A stretch of DNA of 64,000 nt from Candidatus Krumholzibacteriota bacterium. Its GTDB lineage: Bacteria; Krumholzibacteriota; Krumholzibacteriia; Krumholzibacteriales; Krumholzibacteriaceae. How positions within the stretch are numbered: the stretch's first letter is position 1; every line of letters begins with the position of its first letter. The notes below the pieces were generated by a model, which was not told where the DNA came from, searched no databases, and saw only the letters and a program-made list of their open reading frames with translations. The stretch spans positions 6,100 through 70,099 of the forward strand of contig JAFGEZ010000012.1 of the NCBI GenBank assembly GCA_016931295.1, given 5' to 3'. Position numbers and translations under genes: made by a program. Of the stretch, positions 57,594-64,000 are shown in pieces.

Positions 57594-57623
57594 CGCCTGC
57601 TGCCGGAAGGAGTACAGCACCAG

Positions 57624-58670
57624 ATGCCAGAGCTTCGCAAGGATCCGATCATCGGTCGATGGGTGATCATCTCGACCGAACGCGGCAAGCGTCCGATCGA
57701 CTTCAAGATGGAGAAGCGCCCGGCCAGGGGGGGATTCTGTCCCTTCTGCCCGGGGAACGAGGACAAGACGCCGCCGGAAGTGCTCGCCTACCGAGATCCG
57801 CATACGGCGCCGGACACCGCCGGATGGACGGTGCGCGTCGTTCCGAACAAGTTTCCCGCACTCCAGATAGAGGGCGAGCTCGACAAGCGCGGGGACGGGA
57901 TCTACGACATGATGCGCGGGGTCGGGGCCCACGAGGTGCTGATCGAATCGCCCGACCACAAGCTCAACCTCGCCTACCTGCCCGACGATCACGTCGAGAG
58001 CATATTCTGGGCACTGCGAGACCGTTGCATCGATCTCAAGAAGGATTCCCGCTTCCGGTACATCCTCGTCTTCAAGAACTGGGGAGAGGAGGCGGGGGCG
58101 TCGCTGGAGCATTCGCATTTCCAGATCATCGCCACGCCGATCATACCGAAGCGCGCGATCGAGGAGCTCGACGGCGCGAAGTTCCACTGGAGCCTGAAGG
58201 AGCGGTGCATTTTCTGCGACCTGCTCAAGCAGGAGATTCAGGAGGAGAAGCGGATCATCCACCGCAACGAGCATTTCATTGCGATCGCCCCCTACGCGTC
58301 GCGCTTCCCCTTCGAGACCTGGGTGATGCCCCTCCGCCACGTGTCGGCGTTCGAGAAGACCCCGACCGAGTGGTTCTCGTCGCTCGCGGGGATCATGAAG
58401 ACCGTCATCCGGAAGCTCGACATCGCCCTCGACGTGCCGCCCTTCAATTTCATCATCCACACGGCTCCCGCGAAGACCCCCGACCTCGACTATTACCACT
58501 GGCACATCGAGATCATGCCCAAGCTCACGAAGGTCGCCGGTTTCGAGTGGGGAAGCGGGTTCTATATCAATCCCACGCCACCCGAGGTCGCGGCCGAGGC
58601 GCTTCGGGCGATCGACGTCGACGCGCCGGCGGTCGGCGTCCTGGAAGGAAAGAACGAAGATGAAAAGTAG
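57624..58670 (+). CDS. galT: GalT-family nucleotidylyltransferase
   Basis: ELRKDP, CPFCPGNE, NKFPAL, GASLEHSHFQ, AGFEWGSG. Confidence 0.9.
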   Translation: MPELRKDPIIGRWVIISTERGKRPIDFKMEKRPARGGFCPFCPGNEDKTPPEVLAYRDPHTAPDTAGWTVRVVPNKFPALQIEGELDKRGDGIYDMMRGVGAHEVLIESPDHKLNLAYLPDDHVESIFWALRDRCIDLKKDSRFRYILVFKNWGEEAGASLEHSHFQIIATPIIPKRAIEELDGAKFHWSLKERCIFCDLLKQEIQEEKRIIHRNEHFIAIAPYASRFPFETWVMPLRHVSAFEKTPTEWFSSLAGIMKTVIRKLDIALDVPPFNFIIHTAPAKTPDLDYYHWHIEIMPKLTKVAGFEWGSGFYINPTPPEVAAEALRAIDVDAPAVGVLEGKNEDEK

Positions 58671-60165
58671 CACACGGATGAACGTGGTCGTCGCGACCAC
58701 CGAGATCGTTCCCTACTCCAAGGTCGGGGGACTCGCGGACGTCATGGGCGCGCTCCCGGACGAGCTCGAACAGATCGGATGCCGCCTCACCGTCATCACG
58801 CCGCTCTACGCGTCGATCGACCGGCAGGCCTTCGGGATCGCGGCGGTCGGCGGTCTGCCGCTCCTCGCCGTCGACGTGGCGGGGCGTCGCGTGCCCTTCG
58901 GGCTCCGGAGCGCCGTCAAGCCGGGTACGGGCATTCGCGTCTACTTCGTCGAGAACGAGGAATACTACGGGCGCGACGGCATCTACACGACGGCCGCCGG
59001 CGAGGCCTTCCCGGACGAGGACGAGCGGACGATCTTCTTCAACCGCGCCGTCGTCGAGACGATCGCCAAACTGGGCATCTCGCCGGACATCGTCCACTGC
59101 AACGATTTCCACACGGGGCTCGTGCCGGCGCTCATCGAGATCGAACGGGGATCGGACCCGCTCTTCGAGACGACCGCGACGGTCTTCAGCGTGCACAACC
59201 TCGCCTACCAGGGCATCTTCGAGCGGGATTTCATCGTGAAGGCCGGGCTCGACCCGGCCCTGTTCTCGCCGATGAGCCCCTTCGAGTACTGGGGGCGCGT
59301 GAACGTGATGAAAGTCGGGCTGTCCTACGCGAGCGTCATCAGCACGGTCAGCCGCACGTACGCCGAGGAGATCATGTCATCCGAGGAGTACGGCTACGGG
59401 CTCGAGGGCGTCATCGCGGCGCGCCGCGATTCGGTCGTCGGGATCCTGAACGGCATCGATCCGGGCGCGTGGGATCCCGCCGCCGACGACCTGATCCCGG
59501 CCGCCTTCACCGCCGACGACCTTTCCGGCAAGGCGCGGAACAAGGCGGCGCTCGCCGAGGCGTTCGACCTGGACGCGACGCCCGACGTCCCCGTGATCGG
59601 CATGGTCTCCCGGCTCGTCGACCAGAAGGGCTTCGACATCCTCGCCGAGGCCCTGGCGTCGATCATGGAAGAGCCGGTCGCCTTCGCGATCCTCGGCACG
59701 GGCCAGCAGAAGTACCACGAGCTCTACACGGAGCTCGCCGGCGCCTATCCCGGACGCATGGGGGTCCGACTCGAGTTCAACAACGCCCTGGCGCATCTCG
59801 TCGAGGCGGGCAGCGACTTCTTCCTCATGCCGTCCCGGTACGAGCCGTGCGGGCTCAACCAGATGTACAGCCTGCGGTACGGCACCTTCCCGATCGTGCG
59901 CGAGACGGGCGGTCTCAAGGACACGATCGACGGGCTCTCGCCGAAGGGGGCGAAGGGGAACGGATTCACCTTCGTCGAGTACGACCCCGAGACGCTCGCC
60001 GATGCGGTGAAGCGGGCCGTCCGGTTCTATCGCGACGAGAAAGCGGTCGCCCGGGCCCGGGCCCGGGTCATGCGCGAGGACCACTCCTGGAGACGCTCGG
60101 CGAAGGAATACGTGAAGCTCTACGGGATGGCGGGCAGCCGCGCAGGAATGGGGTTGACAACCTGA
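58660..60165 (+). CDS. glgA: glycogen synthase (GT5)
   Basis: KVGGLADV, HNLAYQG, QKG, PSRYEPCGLNQ, TGGL.DT. Confidence 0.95.
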   Translation: MKSSTRMNVVVATTEIVPYSKVGGLADVMGALPDELEQIGCRLTVITPLYASIDRQAFGIAAVGGLPLLAVDVAGRRVPFGLRSAVKPGTGIRVYFVENEEYYGRDGIYTTAAGEAFPDEDERTIFFNRAVVETIAKLGISPDIVHCNDFHTGLVPALIEIERGSDPLFETTATVFSVHNLAYQGIFERDFIVKAGLDPALFSPMSPFEYWGRVNVMKVGLSYASVISTVSRTYAEEIMSSEEYGYGLEGVIAARRDSVVGILNGIDPGAWDPAADDLIPAAFTADDLSGKARNKAALAEAFDLDATPDVPVIGMVSRLVDQKGFDILAEALASIMEEPVAFAILGTGQQKYHELYTELAGAYPGRMGVRLEFNNALAHLVEAGSDFFLMPSRYEPCGLNQMYSLRYGTFPIVRETGGLKDTIDGLSPKGAKGNGFTFVEYDPETLADAVKRAVRFYRDEKAVARARARVMREDHSWRRSAKEYVKLYGMAGSRAGMGLTT

Positions 60166-60182
60166 CCGCCGATTCCTATAAT
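60154..60182 (+). promoter_or_regulatory. consensus sigma70 promoter of the tRNA pair
   Basis: TTGACA-17-TATAAT; the -35 lies in the last glgA codons. Confidence 0.85.
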
Positions 60183-60205
60183 GCATACGCTTTGTTGCAC
60201 ATAAG

Positions 60206-60281
<76 letters not shown>

Positions 60282-60337
60282 GATTGCGTGGAGTGGATCG
60301 CTGCCGATGATCGGGAGGGATCCACTCCCGCGTCAGA

Positions 60338-60412
60338 GGCGGCGTAGCCAAGAGGCTAAGGCGACGGTCTGCAAAACCGTTATCACCGGTTCGAATCCGG
60401 TCGCCGCCTCCA
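60338..60412 (+). tRNA. tRNA-Cys(GCA)
   Basis: GGCGGCGTAGCCAAG...CTGCAAA...GTTCGAATC...GCCGCCTCCA. Confidence 0.97.
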
Positions 60413-60629
60413 CGGTTATCATGCGGCGATGCCACTCCGAATCCCAGATTCCAGCACGATCATCGCCAGGTGCGGCGTGGCTTGCGTCGCCCCGCGGGAG
60501 CCGTTTGGCCGGCGGGCGTTCCGGCGCCGCGTGAGATACGCGCGTCCCCGGAAGACCGGCATCGATCGCGGGCGGGTTCGGGCCGTCCCGCGCGGCGGAT
60601 CACGGCGAGACCGATCGAAAGGAGAACGC

Positions 60630-61658
60630 ATGCCTTCACGGACGGTGGTCACGGCGGCAATCGCCGCGATGCTCGCCCTCGCTTCGAACGGATGCGCCGG
60701 AGGCGGCGGATCGAAGGCGACAAACGTTCCATGGCTTGGTTGTGCTCCGCCCGGTACGACGGCCGCGATCTTCGCGCCGGGTATCGTCTCGACCGGGGCA
60801 TCCGAGCGCGATATCGCGATGATGCCCGACGGCTCCGAGATCTACTTCGGACGCATCGTCGGCCCCTACGCCTACAGCGCCATCATGCAGACGAGACTGG
60901 TCGACGGCGTCTGGTCAAAGCCCGAGGTGGCGCCCTTTTCGCGGGACCCGGGGCATCTCGATCTCGAACCGTGCATCTCCCCGGACGGATCGCGTTTCTT
61001 CTTCCTCTCGACGCGGCCGGATACGTCGGCGGGGGAGACCGAAGCCGGCGATCAGGACATCTGGGTGATGGACCGCGTCGCGGACGGCTGGAGCGAACCG
61101 CGCAACCTCGGCCTGCCGGTGAACACGTCGGGCGCGGAGTTCTTTCCCTCCGTCACGAACGACGGCACCCTCTATTTCAACCGGCGGGAGCAGGGGGCGC
61201 GCGTTGAATACATCATGCGATCGCGTTTCGTCGACGGCGAATACGCCGAGCCGGAGATCCTCCCCGCCGAGGTGAACGCGGGCGACGACCGGTTCAACGC
61301 CTTCATCGCGCCGGACGAAAGCTACATCATCGTGTGCGTCGTCGGCCGGGAGGACAATCTCGGCGGCGCCGACTACTACGTCTCGTTCCGCGGGGCAAAC
61401 GACTCCTGGAGGGGCCCGTTCAATCTCGGCGCACGGGTGAATGCCGCCACGGGGCGGGAATGGTCCCCGTTCGTGTCGCGGGACGGGCGCTATCTTTTCT
61501 TCATGTCGTCCCGTACGACGGAAAAGCCCGACGGGGGACGGCTAAACGCCGCGTTCCTCGAACAGGCGCAGGGTCGACCGGGCAACGGGAACGCGGACAT
61601 CTGGTGGATCGACGCCGCGGTGATCGAGGATCTCCGGCCGACGCCGGACGATCGGTAA
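60630..61658 (+). CDS. PD40/TolB-like beta-propeller lipoprotein
   Basis: Lipobox SNGC; repeats SPDG..FFF.S, P.NLG.PVNT, PFVSRDGRYLFF.S. Confidence 0.85.
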   Translation: MPSRTVVTAAIAAMLALASNGCAGGGGSKATNVPWLGCAPPGTTAAIFAPGIVSTGASERDIAMMPDGSEIYFGRIVGPYAYSAIMQTRLVDGVWSKPEVAPFSRDPGHLDLEPCISPDGSRFFFLSTRPDTSAGETEAGDQDIWVMDRVADGWSEPRNLGLPVNTSGAEFFPSVTNDGTLYFNRREQGARVEYIMRSRFVDGEYAEPEILPAEVNAGDDRFNAFIAPDESYIIVCVVGREDNLGGADYYVSFRGANDSWRGPFNLGARVNAATGREWSPFVSRDGRYLFFMSSRTTEKPDGGRLNAAFLEQAQGRPGNGNADIWWIDAAVIEDLRPTPDDR

Positions 61659-61723
61659 ACAACCGTGTGTGCTATCGTGTCTCGCCTCCGGGTGCGGACA
61701 TGCGCCTTGCGTCGGCTTTTCCC

Positions 61724-61752
61724 TTGATGCGACAGTTTCTCCGGCGTAGAGT
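61724..61752 (+). promoter_or_regulatory. sigma70-type promoter of tRNA-Leu
   Basis: TTGATG-17-TAGAGT, 9 nt before the tRNA 5' end. Confidence 0.55.
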
Positions 61753-61761
61753 ATGGCGCGT

Positions 61762-61849
61762 GCCGGGGTGGCGGAACTGGTAGACGCAGCGGACTTAAAA
61801 TCCGCTGGTGCAACGCACCGTGCGGGTTCAATTCCCGCCCCCGGCACCA
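61762..61849 (+). tRNA. tRNA-Leu(TAA)
   Basis: GCCGGGGTGGCGGAACTGGTAGACGC...ACTTAAAAT, long variable arm, GTTCAATTC, CCA end. Confidence 0.96.
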
Positions 61850-61894
61850 GGACGACGCGCATCGTTTCCCCGACGAACGGACAGGACAACCCAC

Positions 61895-62752
61895 ATGGAA
61901 CGTGCCGTATCGATCATCATCCCGGCATTCAACGAGGAATCGGGATTGGACTCCTTTCTCGGAAATCTCGTTCCGATCGCCCGCGAGCGGGGCTGGGAGG
62001 TCCTCGTCATCGACGACGGATCGACCGACGGAACGGCCTCGATCGTCCGCAAGGCCGGAGCGCGCCTGGTCAGCCAGCCGTACAACAAGGGATACGGAGC
62101 AGCGCTCAAGGCGGGGATACGGAACGCCTCCCACGAGACGATCGTGATGATGGACTCTGACGGCCAGCATCGTCCCGAAGATCTCGATCGCCTCCTCGAG
62201 CACGCCGGGACGCACGACATGGTCGTCGGGCAGCGCCGGAAAGCGGGCGGAATCCGGGCGCCGGGGAAGAAGCTGCTCTCGATGGTCGCCGACTACCTGA
62301 GCGGCGTGCGGATCCCGGATCTCAACTCGGGATTCCGCGTCTTCACGAAGAAGACGGTCGGGGAATTCCTGCACATCTGTCCCAACGGCTTCTCCTTCAC
62401 GACGACGATCACGCTGGCCTATCTCCGCGCGGGATACAGCGTCAAATACGTGCCGATCAGGACCGAGGAGCGGATCGGCCGGGCGAGCAACGTCAGGTTC
62501 TTCGGCGACGGCTACAAGACCTTCCTTCTGATCGTGCGCGTGATCGTGCTCTTCAACCCGCTCAAGGTGTTCATGCCGGTCTCCATCGTTCTCTTCCTGG
62601 CCGGCGCGCTCTTCACCATCTACGGTATCGTCGCCTATCGACGAGCGCCGAACATGGGCATGCTGGCGATCCTGACGAGCGTGCTCGTCTTCTTCATGGG
62701 GATCTTCGCGGACCAGATTTCCGCGATCAGGCGCGAACGGCACCCGGGATGA
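61895..62752 (+). CDS. GT2 glycosyltransferase with two C-terminal TM helices
   Basis: IPAFNE, IDDGSTD, GYGAALK, MDSDGQH, DLNSGFR. Confidence 0.9.
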   Translation: MERAVSIIIPAFNEESGLDSFLGNLVPIARERGWEVLVIDDGSTDGTASIVRKAGARLVSQPYNKGYGAALKAGIRNASHETIVMMDSDGQHRPEDLDRLLEHAGTHDMVVGQRRKAGGIRAPGKKLLSMVADYLSGVRIPDLNSGFRVFTKKTVGEFLHICPNGFSFTTTITLAYLRAGYSVKYVPIRTEERIGRASNVRFFGDGYKTFLLIVRVIVLFNPLKVFMPVSIVLFLAGALFTIYGIVAYRRAPNMGMLAILTSVLVFFMGIFADQISAIRRERHPG

Positions 62753-62825
62753 CCGGCCCCGCTTTCGAAGAGCCCCGGGGAAGGGCCGTCGGGTATCCTG
62801 CGTCCGGGACGGCGGGGGAAGATAC

Positions 62826-63551
62826 ATGAGCGCATACGAGAACCGTTTCACCATGGACGAGGTGCGTCTGTTCTGGGACGGGGTCGCCGTCCACGAATAC
62901 GAGCGTGCGAACGACCTGATGGACCGTGTCCACACGCAGCGGTTCAGGGGGGCGATCTCGCGACTCGACCTGCGGGACGGCGCGCGGATCCTCAACGTCT
63001 GGTCGAGGATCGGCGACGGCGTGCCGTGGCTGCGCCGCGCATGTCCCGGTATCCGGCTGGTGAACGCCGATCTCTCCTTCGAGATGCTCCGGGGCAGCCG
63101 GCGACTGCATCCGGAAGAAACCCACGTGCAGACATCGCTGCACGAACTGCCCTTTCCCGACGATTCCTTCGATATCGCGATGTCCCTCGAGACGCTCGAA
63201 CACGTTCCCGACCCGCTCATCTTCCTTCGGGAGCTGCGCAGGGTGCTCGTGGAGGGCGGTCAGCTCGTCATGAGTTTGCCGCCGGCCTTCGCCGAATGGA
63301 CGAGCGTGCTGAATTCGATGCTGCGGTTCCATCACGGCGAGGGGCCGCACCGGTTTCTCGCGCCGGGGGAGGTGAAACGGATGCTGCGGGAAGCGGGTTT
63401 CGATCTGCTCGACCATGAGGGGACGCTGTTCATCCCGTTCGGCGGGATGCGTATGGAGCGTCTCGATGTCCAGCTGGGCAGGTTGTTCGGATCGGGCCCC
63501 CTGGCGAGCCTCGGCATCCGGCAGTTCTATGTCTGCTCGGCGACCCTGTGA
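62826..63551 (+). CDS. class I SAM-dependent methyltransferase-like protein
   Basis: DLS.EML, LPFPDDSFD, LEHVPDP, RVL..GG; motif I atypical. Confidence 0.8.
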   Translation: MSAYENRFTMDEVRLFWDGVAVHEYERANDLMDRVHTQRFRGAISRLDLRDGARILNVWSRIGDGVPWLRRACPGIRLVNADLSFEMLRGSRRLHPEETHVQTSLHELPFPDDSFDIAMSLETLEHVPDPLIFLRELRRVLVEGGQLVMSLPPAFAEWTSVLNSMLRFHHGEGPHRFLAPGEVKRMLREAGFDLLDHEGTLFIPFGGMRMERLDVQLGRLFGSGPLASLGIRQFYVCSATL

Positions 63552-64000
63552 CATCCTGCTCGAGACGATCGTCGAGAGGGGGCTGTGCACCCGATGCGGG
63601 ACGTGCGTCGGCGCGTGCCCGACGGGGAACCTCTCGATCGCGGACCCGACGGGGCGTTGCCTCCCCGTCGCGGGGGACGATTGCACGTCGTGCGGTTCCT
63701 GTCTCGCCGGATGCCCCGGGGGGGAAGTCGATTTCGGCCCGCTCGAGGAGTCCCTCTTCGGGGAGCGGGCCCGGAACGAGCTGCTCGGCGTCGTGCGCAC
63801 CGCGTGGCTCGCGCATGCCGTCGATCCGTCGGTGAGGCGCGGCGGCGCGAGCGGAGGAGTCATAACGGCCCTGCTGCTTCGCCTCGTCGAGTCGAAAGAG
63901 ACCGCCGGGGCCGTCGTCTTCGGCGACGCCGCCGGGGAGCCGTGGCGGGGAGAAGGCGCGATCGCGCGGACGCGCGAGGACATTCTCGCCGCCTCGCAGA
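63529..64000 (+). CDS. FrhB-like (F420 hydrogenase/dehydrogenase beta family) protein with 2x[4Fe-4S] N-terminus; runs off the window
   Basis: Not in the ORF track. Hand translation: CTRCGTCVGACP, CTSCGSCLAGCP, GASGGVITALL. Confidence 0.85.
   Translation, partial: MSARRPCDILLETIVERGLCTRCGTCVGACPTGNLSIADPTGRCLPVAGDDCTSCGSCLAGCPGGEVDFGPLEESLFGERARNELLGVVRTAWLAHAVDPSVRRGGASGGVITALLLRLVESKETAGAVVFGDAAGEPWRGEGAIARTREDILAASQ

Noticed and set aside
60390..61700. attL/attR duplication of the tRNA-Cys 3' end around the propeller gene
   Set aside because: Only a 7-nt CGCCTCC match, expected by chance; no integrase.

Overview
High-GC (roughly 68-70% by eye) bacterial chromosomal segment from a diderm, LPS-producing organism; the taxon cannot be fixed from sequence alone. 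No mobile elements, CRISPR arrays or rRNA were seen. From left to right: (1) a minus-strand GldAFG-like ABC system plus DUF4340-like protein, followed by an AmmeMemoRadiSam module whose radical SAM enzyme has a Tat signal and whose Memo-AMMECR1 fusion has a possible Sec signal; (2) small envelope genes, DUF72 and a GT-C glycosyltransferase; (3) hsp20-lon running directly into an LPS core/lipid A export operon (four GT9s, msbA, split rfaE1/rfaE2, GT2, GT4s, DUF3108, a deoxyhypusine-synthase-like protein); (4) an exopolysaccharide locus with sigma54- and sigma70-type promoter motifs (priming transferase, Wza, Wzc-N, ExeA-like ATPase, degenerate BY-kinase, nucleotidyltransferase plus phosphodiesterase, Wzx, GT2/small flippase/large membrane protein, GT4s); (5) a trehalose cluster (DUF5752-treT-otsB-otsA); (6) rmlA/D/C; (7) a diacetamido-uronate-type sugar cluster with a radical SAM/SPASM enzyme; (8) SPOR lipoprotein-galT-glgA; (9) tRNA-Gly, -Cys and -Leu split by a beta-propeller lipoprotein gene; (10) the start of a further glycan cluster. 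All product calls come from motif recognition by eye; no database searches were run. Many start codons were moved from the ORF track using RBS and overlap evidence.
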